A stretch of DNA of 64,000 bases from the NCBI RefSeq assembly GCF_964213995.1, contig NC_135808.1:22878001-22942000 (forward strand), read 5' to 3'. A program made the position numbers and the translations under genes. Shown here piece after piece: positions 23,201 through 32,945 of the stretch. A model generated the notes under the pieces. That model had not been told where the DNA came from. It did no database searches and saw only the letters and a list, made by a program, of their open reading frames with translations. This stretch comes from Mustelus asterias (lineage: Eukaryota). Position 1 is the first letter of the stretch, and every line of letters starts with the position of its first letter.

Positions 23201-25272
23201 GCATCACCCCCTTCACCGACTCTCACTCCCCTCTCACTCACCGACTCTCACTCCCCCCTCACTCACCGACTCTCACTCCCCCCTCACTCACCGACTCTCA
23301 CTCCCCCCTCACTCACCGACTCTCACTCCCCCCTCACTCACCGACTCTCACTCCCCCCTCACTCACTGACTCTCACTCCCCCCTCACTCACCGACTCTCA
23401 CTCCCCCCTCACTCACCGACTCTCACTCCCCCCTCACTCACCGACTCTCACTCCCCCCTCACTCACTGACTCTCACTCCCCCCTCACTCACTGACTCTCA
23501 CTCCTCCCTCAATCACCGACTCTCACTCCCCCCTCACTCCCCCCCTCACTCCCCCCTCACTCACCGACTCTCACTCTCCCCTCACTCACTGACTCTCACT
23601 CCCCCCTCACTCACCGACTCTCACTCCCCCCTCACTCACTGACTCTCACTCCCCCCCTCACTCCCCCCCTCACTCCCCCCTCACTCACCGACTCTCACTC
23701 CCCCTCACTCACCGACTCTCACTCCCCCCTCCCTCATCGACTCTCACTCTCCCCTCACTCACCGACTCTCACTCCCCCCTCACTCACCGACTCTCATCCC
23801 CCCCTCACTCACCGACTCTCACTCCCCCCTCACTCACCGACTCTCACTCCGCCCCTCACTCACCGACTCTCACTCACCGACTCTCACTCCCCGACCCTCA
23901 CTCCCCCCTCACTCACCGACTCTCAATTCACTCTGTCCGTACTCCAGGTATTTTCTCAGCCACTCGATACACTCCACCTCCAGGAAATGTTTCCATTGCT
24001 GAATGTTGCCAGTCTGCCTGTCGCACCTGTGTTTGATGCCCTCCCCCCATGTGACCGGGGTCACCCACACCATGTGATCCTTGTCGAAGCTGAGAACATC
24101 ATGTCCGTCCCACCCGTACTGGCTGAATCCACTCGTGGTACCATCATCCCGCAGGTCACAGCCAGTCATTATCTGGCAGACATGGACCCCTGTGGATCAG
24201 AAACACAAACAGCCAATCAGAGACAGTCCAATGGGTGATCCTACCTGCACAGCCAATCAGAACCAGTCTCACTGGGCGATGTCATCCTACCAGCCAATAA
24301 ACATCAACTACTCTGCCCCCCGCACCCCCCCCCCCACCCCTCCACACACACACACACACACAGCCAATCACCAATCAGAGCCAGTCTCCCTGGAAACAAT
24401 CCCTCCACACATTCACAGCCAATCACATTTCCTGTCACATCTCCAATCGCAGCCAATCAGCCTCTGGCTCTCGGTTCCTGATCCACTCTGGGTTTCTCCT
24501 CATTCCCACCTGGATCCCCGGGTGCTGGGAGAGTGAGCACTCACCTCCTGTCTGGTTGCTGCGGGACATGAGTAGCGGAATATCAGCTTTAAAATACATC
24601 TCCTGCTCCTGTGCGAAGATCTTCTTCCGCTCCCAGGCTGCCCGACCCTCGCTCTCCACCATCCACTGCTCCCGGGGGATCAGCTCCCTCCGATCGCTGT
24701 CGTACATCACAAACTGGACACCGTCCACAGAACCGACAACCACAAACTCTGGGAAACCCGGGATCGGAGTCATTCGCGTGAAGAAATACCGGAGAGAGTG
24801 AGAGCCTGAAATAGAGAGAGAGAGAATTCAGGATAGACACCCTAAAAACACCAACACCCTCACACACACACACACACAGAGATCAGGGCATCAACCCCAA
24901 ACACTGATTCCAAACCGAGAGCAAGGCCTCCACCCAGTCTGGCATTGCCCCTCTCACACCCCATCACTCATTGACCCAGGGTTAATGCCCCAGTACCCAG
25001 CCTGGCATTGCCCCTCTCACGCCCCATCACTCACTGACCCAGGGTTAATGCCCCAGTACCCAGCCTGGCATTGCCCCTCTCACACCCCATCACTCACTGA
25101 CCCAGGGTTAATGCCCCAGTACCCAGCCTGGCATTGCCCCTCTCACACCCCATCACTCACTGACCCAGGGTTAATGCCCCAGTACCCAGCCTGGCATTGC
25201 CCCTCTCACACCCCATCACTCACCTGCAGACACCTCTCCACACAGAAAGACCAGCTCTATCAGTCCAATCAT
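17026..25272 (-). CDS. Non-classical MHC class I heavy chain, gene A (intact, 7 coding exons, 343 aa; possibly shark UBA-like lineage, unconfirmed)
   Basis: join complement(25224-25272, 24545-24805, 23917-24189, 22883-23146, 17777-17881, 17286-17318, 17026-17072). All introns are GT-AG, phase 1, and the frame is open. An in-frame upstream ATG at 25287 (CCACCATG) would add MREAA. Confidence 0.93.
17286..17318 (-). CDS. Gene A cytoplasmic exon 1 (GRGKSDYNPAK)
   Basis: 33-bp exon, TTTTACAG|...|GTAAG. Its Tyr motif parallels class I exon 6. Confidence 0.85.
17777..17881 (-). CDS. Gene A connecting peptide/transmembrane exon
   Basis: EPKSRSQVAVTVGIVVGVLVLIALIIVAVVIYNKK between CTAACAG| and |GTAGGA. 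Confidence 0.92.
19128..20800 (+). mobile_element. 5'-truncated LINE (CR1-clade RT, poly-A tail) nested in an older minus-strand CR1, in the alpha3-TM intron
   Basis: NYRPISLLS, GVPQDSVLGP and FADD motifs. An equivalent copy at 41407-43082 shows it predates the duplication. Confidence 0.88.
21290..21445 (+). mobile_element. Penelope-like 3' fragment with a hammerhead motif (21314-21350)
   Basis: CCAT-CTGACGA-AGGGGCAGCGCTCC-GAAAGCTT-ATGG. Absent from the gene B copy. Confidence 0.78.
21460..22680. repeat. Degenerate tandem repeat of about 36-38 bp (CTGTAATATCCCAGGATACAC core); paralog at 44060-45170
   Basis: Recurrent core motif throughout. Confidence 0.85.
22190..22434. mobile_element. Inverted pair of Penelope-like termini with a 13-bp TSD
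   Basis: The arms are reverse complements. TSD CCCCACTGTAATA at 22177-22189 and 22435-22447. Empty site in gene B at about 44960. Confidence 0.85.
22883..23146 (-). CDS. Gene A alpha3 (Ig C1-set) exon
   Basis: LSCAVTGFYPQAIEVNLWRN...LPNHDSSYQ...YSCRVEHSG, 264 bp. Confidence 0.95.
23210..23916. repeat. 25-bp minisatellite derived from the alpha2 splice donor; paralog at 45700-46447
   Basis: Sense-strand unit GGGGAGTGAGAGTCG|GTGAGTGAG matches the real junction TTGAGAGTCG|GTGAGTGAG. Confidence 0.92.
23917..24189 (-). CDS. Gene A alpha2 exon
   Basis: GVHVCQIMTGCDLRDDG...YGWDG...LEVECIEWLRKYLEYG, with the C101/C164-equivalent pair, 273 bp. Confidence 0.95.
24545..24805 (-). CDS. Gene A alpha1 exon
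   Basis: GSHSLRYFFT...FPEFVVVGSVDGVQFVMYDS...NQT (N86-type glycosylation site), 261 bp. Confidence 0.95.
24930..25223. repeat. 63-bp tandem repeat in intron 1 (about 4.6 units in A, about 1.6 in B)
   Basis: Each unit contains GTGAGTGATGGGGTGTGAGAGGGG, which is the start of intron 1. Confidence 0.9.
25224..25272 (-). CDS. Gene A leader exon (MIGLIELVFLCGEVSA)
   Basis: 49-bp exon ending GCAG|GTGAGT, phase 1 and compatible with alpha1. Conserved in gene B. Confidence 0.9.
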
Positions 25273-25382
25273 TGCTGCTTCCCTCATGGTGGGGCAATCA
25301 TTTGGAGGAAACTCTTTTTCAAAGAAAGGCCATTTTCTCAACTCACTCCTTCGGTCTTTCCCTGTTCACACTGAGCCTCAAT

Positions 25383-25471
25383 CTGATTGGACACAAAATA
25401 GGATTGAACACATCAGAATAAAGAGATTCAGTGAGTCATCAGTCTCCGGCAGAATAGACACAAACAGTTTG
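25383..25471 (-). promoter_or_regulatory. Gene A proximal promoter: S-X1-X2 module, mutated Y box, downstream CCAAT
   Basis: Minus strand reads CAAACT...CCGGAGACTGATGACTCA...CTGATGTG (Y box disrupted, 25409-25416)...CCAATCAG (25383-25390). Confidence 0.7.
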
Positions 25472-25526
25472 AGAAACTTCCTCAAAATTGAGAATTGTCC
25501 AATCAGCTAAATATAGTTGGTTATCT

Positions 25527-25850
25527 CACGGTGGCACAGTGGTCAGCACTGCTGCCTCACAGCGCCAGGGACCCGGGTTTAATTCCAGCCTTGGGTCACT
25601 GGCTGTGTGGAGTTTGCACATGCTCCCCGTGTGTACGTGGCTTTCCTCTGGGTGACCCAGTTTCCTCCCACACTCCAAAAATGGGTGGGTTCCGTGAATA
25701 GGCCATACCAAATTACCCTTTAGTGTCCCAATATGTGTGCATCAGGGAATTAGCCATGGCAAGTACGTGGGGTTACAGTGGTAGGGCCAGGGTGAAGGTG
25801 CTCTGTCTGAGAGTTGGTGCTCACTCTATGGGCTGAATGGACTCCTTCGA
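25527..25850 (+). mobile_element. HE1-type SINE just upstream of the promoter; shared with gene B (47834-48125)
   Basis: CACGGTGGCACAGTGGTCAGCACTGCTGCCTCAC head. Confidence 0.8.
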
Positions 25851-28800
25851 TGAAGCTGACTTCATCAGTGGCCAGAGTGAATGAGCTGAAAGGAGTTTGA
25901 TAGAGGGACAGAGGGAAGGACATTTGAGCGAACCATTCAATTAGATCACCGCAGATCTGAACTCCAGTTTTTGACAATAACCCATATCCTTAGATATCAT
26001 TACCCAATAAAAATCTATCACTCTGACATTTTAAAGCTCCAATTGTTCACAATTTTTGGTGGAGAGACTGGATGTGGATTCCAGACTACTGAATCATTTT
26101 AACATTATAAAAAGATCTCTCCTCAAAATTCTAAACTCTCTGGAATAAGAAACAAGTTTATACAACCCTTCAAACTTTATCCTTTAGTTTAAAAACCCTA
26201 TCCTCTAAAGTGCATCTCCACACAGAGATCCTTTATTGTCCATTGTCAGTGTTGTGGAGTTGGGGGTAATATTTTTGCATGAATAGAGGATTGGTTAATA
26301 AGAACATGAGAACAAGGAACAGGAATAGGCCATCTGGTCCCTCGAGCCTGCTCCGCAATTCAATAAGATCATGGCTGCTCTTTTTGTGGGCTCAGCTCCA
26401 GTTACTCACCTGCTCACCGCAACTCTTTGACAAAGGGCTTGGACAGAGGGTCATCTGGACTCGAAACATCAACTCTCTTTTCTCTCCTTACAGATGCTGC
26501 CAGACCTACTGAGATTTTCCAGTGTTTTCTCTTTTGGCACTATAACCCTTAATTCCTTTACTGTTCAAAAATGTATCTATCCTTGCCTTAAAAATATTCA
26601 TTGAGGTAGCTTCAACTGCTTCACTGGGCAGGGAATTCCACAGATTCACAACCATTTGGGTGAAGAAGTTCCTCCTCAACTCAGTCCTAAATCTGCTCCA
26701 TCCTATTTTGAGGCCATTCACCCCCACTCTTTGTTTTCTGTTAGTTTACCAATCCTCTATCCATGCTAATACATTATCCATTACACCGTGCACCTTTATC
26801 TTATGCAGCAGCATTTGGTGCGGCACCCTGTCAAATGCCTTCTGGAAATCAAGATCCACCACATCCACAGGTTCCCCATTGTCCACTGCGCATGTACTGT
26901 CCTCAAAGAATTCCACCAAATTAGTTAAACATGACCTGCCTTTCATGAACTCATGCTGCATCTACCCAATGGGGTAATTTACATCCAGATGTCAAATAGA
27001 CAAGAAACACTGATTTGGCATAAATGGGCCATTTTCAAGTTGGCCGGCTCTGGCTAGTGGAGTGTCACTAGGATCAGTGCTCGGACAACCAGCCATTTAC
27101 AATCTACATTCATGACTCAGACCAAGAAGATGGGTGTAGTGTATCTAAACTTGCAGCAGCTGCAAAGCTAGCTGGAAATGAGGAAGGATTAAGTTGGTTA
27201 GGATTGTATTCATTGGAGTCTAGAAGAATGAGGAGGATTGCACAGAAACCTATAAAATTCAAAGAGGCCTCTACAAGGTAGATCCAGGAAGGATGTTCCC
27301 AATGATGGGGGAGTCCAGAACCAGGGGTCGTGGTCTGAGGATACAAGGTAAACCATTGAGGACTGAGATGAGGAGAAATTTCTTCACCCAGAGAGTGGTA
27401 AGCTGATGGAATTCACTCTTGCAGGAAGCAGTTGGGGACAAAACATCGTATATTTTCAAGAAGCAGTTCGATATCGCATTTGGGTGAAGGGGATCAAAGG
27501 ATATGTGGGAAGGCTGGATTGAGTTGGAAAATCAGCCGTGATCATAATGAATGGCAGAGCAGGTTTGATGGGCTGAATGGCCTATTCCTCTTCCTATTTT
27601 CAGAGTTTCTGTGAAATGCAAACTGTGTGAAGGAATAGAGAGCTGCAAAGAGATTTGGGCAAGTTAAGTGAATGGGCTGCAAGGTGGCAGATGGAGTGTA
27701 ACGTGGGTCAGTGTGGGGTTACACTGTGTCTCCTGCCAGCACAATATGGCCTTCTGCGCATTCACACTGGTCCATACAGACATCACTCTGATTAACCCAG
27801 CCTGCCAGAAGGCCTTTAAATTGAAGTATGTCCATCCTTCAGTAACAGCATCCCACTTTGTTATACTGTAAAGAGAGGGCGGAGTGAGAGACAGAGTCAG
27901 AGTAAGTTGTGGCTGTGAGACACAGGTTGTAAAATAAAGTATTGGTTCCAGGAAACCTTGCAAAGTCTGTTTTTTACTTAAAAATGTTCTGTCAAAGAGA
28001 CAGAAGATGCAATCTCACCTCTTGGTGATATTGGAGACAAGCACAGTATCAATCTAAAGTAAAGTTAAAGTTTATTTATTAGTCACAAGTAGGCTTACAT
28101 TCACACTGCAATGAAGTTACTGTGAAAATTTCCCAGATGCCACACTCCGGCGTGTGTTCGGGTACACAGAGAGAATTCAGCATGGCCAATGCTGTAGGAG
28201 GAAACCAGAGCACCCAGAGGAAACCCATGCAGACACAGGGAGAACGTGCAAACTCCACACAGACAGTGACCCAATCCGGGAATCAAACCCAGGTCCCTGG
28301 CACTGTGAGGCAGCAGTGCGAGCCACTGTGCCTCGTTCCACCCTAATTTCACACTCAACCTCTCTGACCTATTGTAATCTCTGCAGGTTTCAGACAGAAA
28401 TGCTTTTTGAAATGAATGATTTTGTGTTCGGGTATTTCTGAGACCAGGGCACATTTATTTACTTATTAATTCAGATGTAATGAAGTGAGACAGTTTTATC
28501 TGTGGGCCCAGTGAGTGCACATTGCACAACACTTCTGTGTTTGAGGGGAAATGTTGCTTCCTATTTCACATGGTTAGAAATCACTAGAACTGCTCGTATG
28601 TGGCAGAGAACAGAGTTGCTGGAGGGGGGTGGGGTGTCGGGGGGGAGGGGGTTTGGGGGGGTGGTGCTATTCAACTTTGCTAGCACGGATCGAAAAGTAG
28701 AACACTTATTAAAAATTAGAGACCTGTGTGTACAACACAGAAGTGTTGTGCAATGTGCATTCACTGGGCCCACAGATAAAACTGTCTCACTTCATTACAT

Positions 28801-28904
28801 CTGAATTAATAAGTAAATAAATGTGCCCTGGTCTCAGAAATACCCGAACACAAAATCATTCATTTCAAAAAGCATTTCTGTCTGAAACCTGCAGAGATTA
28901 CAAG

Positions 28905-29250
28905 AGCGGCACGGTAGCCCAGTGGTTAGCACTGCTGCTTCACGGCTCCAGGGTCCCGGGTTCGATTCTCGGGTCACTGTCTGTGCGGAGTGTGCACATT
29001 CTCCTCGTGTCTGCGTGGGTTTCCTCCGGGTGCTCCGGTTTCCTCCCACAGTCCAAAGATGTGCGGGTTCGGTTGATTGGCCAGGTTAAAAAAAAAATTG
29101 CCCCTTAGAGTCCTGGGATGTGTCGGTTAGAGGGATTAGTGGGTAAAATATGTGGGGGTAGGGCCTGGGTGGGATTGTGGTCGGTGCAGACTCGATGGGC
29201 CGAATGGCCTCCTTCTGCACTGTAGGGTTTCTATGATGATGATTTTCTAT
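28905..29250 (+). mobile_element. HE1-type SINE specific to the gene A unit
   Basis: Complete head and CR1-like tail. Absent at the paralogous site in the B unit. Confidence 0.85.
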
Positions 29251-32200
29251 GATTTCCTTCTCCGAATCTTGGAGCGATCGGGATTTTCAAATGAGGAAAA
29301 GTTGAGCAGGTTGGGATTTATTCATTGGAGTTTAGAAAAATGAGAGGTAATCTCACTGAAACGTTAGATTCTGATAGGGATTGATAGGGTAGATACTGAA
29401 AGATTCTTTCTGTTAGTGAGCAATAAAACATGAGGGCACAGCCTCAGGATAAGAGGTGAATCATTTAAGATGAGGAAAATTTTCTTCACTGAAAGGATTG
29501 TGAATCTTTGGGATTCTCTACCCCAGGGAATTGTGGATGCATCATTACTGAACATATTGAAGACAGACAGATTTGTGGTGTCTCAGCGAATGGAGGTGTA
29601 CAGAGAGTAGGAGTGAAAATGGAGATGAGGTAGAAAATCAGCTCTGATTGTGTTGAATGATGGAACAGGCGCAAGAGGATGAAGGGATTATTCCTTCTGT
29701 TATCTCTCATGTTCTTTCCTGACTGAGGATTAATATCTAACCCTGGCACTTCCAACTCACAACTCATCACCCACAGAAATCACGGCACACAGAGGGACCA
29801 GCACTATCAGCACCTCTGTGATGTTGTCCCTCATTGTGTGAGCTGTGTCCTGTATTGATACTGTCTCTCAGTCTGTGAGCTGTGTCCTGTATTAATACTG
29901 TCCCTCTCAGTGTGTGAGCTGTGTCCTGTACTGATACTTTCCCTCTCAGTGTGTGAGCTGTGTCCTGTACTGATACTGTCCCTCTCAGTGTGTGAGCTGT
30001 GTCCTGTACTGATCCTGTCCCTCTCAGTGTGTGAGCTCTGTGCTGTACTTGATTTGAAAAAGGTAATAGGTGATAAGGCAGAGTTAAATTGAAAGGAAAA
30101 ATGGTGCACAAAGAAACAGTATTTGGAGATTGGATGCTTGGATCAGCGTAGGGAAATTTGAATGTTTGGGAGAAAGTCGAAAGGAAGAAACAAATAGTGC
30201 GAGATCACGGAGATGTGAGACCAAAGATTAGGTTATTGAATCAGGATGAAGAAATGGATCTCGCTGCTTTTCAGAAATGGGCCGTTGATGTCTGGTTGGT
30301 GGAATATCAGAAGTAGGTTAGAAAAAAGAAATTAAACACTGTCGCTGCAAGAGTGGGTCAGAGGCTGGGAATTTGGTGGAGAGTAACTCAGCTCCTCGGC
30401 AAAAGTGCTATTTAGGAAGTCGGTGCAGACTCGATGGGCCGAATGGCCTCCTTCGGCACGACAAGGATTCTATGGTTGAGTTTATTCAGACAACAACTGA
30501 AGAGAGGGAGAGGGGAGGGGAAGATTGTTGATGTTCTGTGAATTCCGTGTTGAAGTTGGAAGATTCTGGGTGAAGTGAGGCAGTTTGATGCTGTTGTCCG
30601 GATTGTAACCGCGGGGAGACAGACCTGGGGCAATGCCATTGAGATGATGGAAAATGAGCTGCAGGATTGACTGTTGTCGGAAAGAGAGAAAGTTAAAATA
30701 AGTTTCAAACCGAAACAGTGACTGAAGCGGATCCTCGGCTTCCGGGTGGGAGAAATTAAACAGGAAAATTCCAGTGAAATAGAAATTAGAGTGAGTGAAA
30801 GGAAATTCAGATTGTGTCCCCAGAATTGAGAAAATAAAACAAGTTACACTTTTTAGGTTGAGAAAGTTTATAGAAGTTTTGGAATTGAAACACACTCTGT
30901 TGGAAACTCCGCCCTCTGTTGTTTCAATGTAACAATCTTCAATGTTTCCTTTTTTGTTATTTGTGAAACGCGGTTTTCCCTTAATTTCAACAACAGACAT
31001 TAGTGAAGTGAGAAGATGTGATGGAATTTATTTTATCCCCTTTTAAAAGGCACGTGCTACATTTGTCAGGTTGAAAAGATCCAGAGTGAAACTTGAAGTG
31101 CTGTGAGAAAGAATTGTGTGTACAGATGTGTGTGTGTAAACTCCCTGTTAGTGAATGAAGAAAGGCTGTGTGAATGCTCTGTGTTGCAGTTCCTTCAGAC
31201 CGGCTCCAACTCTGATGTGTTTTCCTGAAAGTGGTTAGGTCGAAAGGGGAAATAACAGTTAAAAGTTTTGAAACTGGAAACTTGTTGCCGCTCCAATGAA
31301 ACTCTGTTGAAGCTGGTGAAGCATGTGGGATTTCTAATCCAGATACAAATTCACATCTGTCAGAGTGGCGTCGTTTCTTAAATTTTGGCGGTGTCATTTC
31401 GAATTGAGGAGCGGAATTTAAGGTGATTGTTGGTGGATTATCCTTGTGTTTAAAATCTCCATAAAACTCACCCTGGGGAACAATCGGGACTTTATCTTCT
31501 GATCTATTTTGCTCCAAGGTTTTTATTCGGAAATATCCAGTTTGAAATGGTGAATCCACAAGACTTGAAGAAATATCTTTGTTCTGCTGAAACTGCCATG
31601 ACTCTGAGAACATTGTAACCCAGTCTCTTTTTGAAATCGCGGTGATAATGATTCCTTCACCGAACGTCTTCTAATTTAGAATTAACCCATTCAGCTCCGA
31701 GCAGGATGAGCCTTTTCTGTTTTATAAACACACACACATCCGCACAGGTAACAATTGTGTCCAATACTGCAAAGTGTAACAATATTTCCAACAGTGACAA
31801 GAATTGGAAACTTAGCTGCAGATACGAATTTGTACAAAGACTTTGATATTTCAAAGATACTTGTGATTTGCCAAGACAGAGTGCTTGGGAATGGGAGATC
31901 TTGACTTGAGCACACTATCCAATGGAGTTTTTGTTTAAGTATTTTATCAGTGTCACAAGTCGGCTTACATTAACACTGCAATTAAGTTACTGTGAAAATC
32001 CCCTAGTCGCTACACTCAGGCACCTGTTGCTGAGGGAGAATTTAGCATGGTCAATGCACCTCACCAGCACATCTTTTGGACTGTGGGAGGAAACCCACAC
32101 AGACACGGGCAGAACGTGTCTCAACCTCTTATATACCTCTATTAGGTGTCCTCTCATCCTAAATCTCCTCTCCACCCACACAGGCAGTGACCCAAGCCGG

Positions 32201-32945
32201 GAATCGAACCTGGGTCCTTGGTGCTGCCCCATTGCACTCACTTAAAGAAACATGAAAAAGGGGCAGAAGAAATTGGAATTCACAAATTCATCACATGTGA
32301 ATTAATATTTTAAAATGCTTCAGGAGAAATTTGCTGGGATTTAAAATACACTTTCGCTCCTTTCTATGAATGTTCAGAAGTAAACTATACATGGGGCTTT
32401 CTCAATTTGAGATTATTTGAAAAATGTAAGTATCATTTAATCTTCGGCTGAAGTAATGAGATGTCACCGAAGATAAGGAGCAAACATGTCAGTGCCAGAA
32501 ATCAAATTCAATGTCAAAAAATTATATTTGACTGTCAACATTATCCAAGGCTCCCAGTTGAGATCGGATGGAAAATAATGGGATGTTTGTCCGAGGAGAG
32601 TGATTGAGAGAGAGATGTAGTGTTAGGGAACATACACATTGCACACATATTAGCATCATCATGGGTGTAATCTGGTATTGAGATATATTTTACAGAAAGG
32701 AAAATAGTTTAGACTGGTAATTTGCTGACTTACTCTTGGTGATGTTTGTGCCCTTGTATAGAGGAAGGTTTCTAACCAGCTCATAAGATTTTTAGACAGA
32801 ATGCGTTCTCTCAAAAGACAGAACACGAGTAAAGAGTTAAATGATTCTTACAACAAGCTGACAAAAATCGTTTACACATATGTAAATGCAGGATCAGAAT
32901 CAAACAAGTAGTTATGATTTCAAAACATATATATTGATATTTTAG

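Noticed and set aside
17026-25272. Classical class Ia (UAA) assignment
   Set aside because: Several invariant peptide-terminus-binding residues are replaced, and the genes sit in a tandem multicopy array.
30482-31000. 172-aa ORF and the ILQLIFHHLNGIAP segment as the class I leader
   Set aside because: There is no nearby ATG and the frame is not conserved in the B unit. A canonical leader exon exists at 25224-25272.
30987-31613. 208-aa minus-strand ORF
   Set aside because: No recognisable domain, and it is broken by frameshifts in the paralogous copy (53921-54493).
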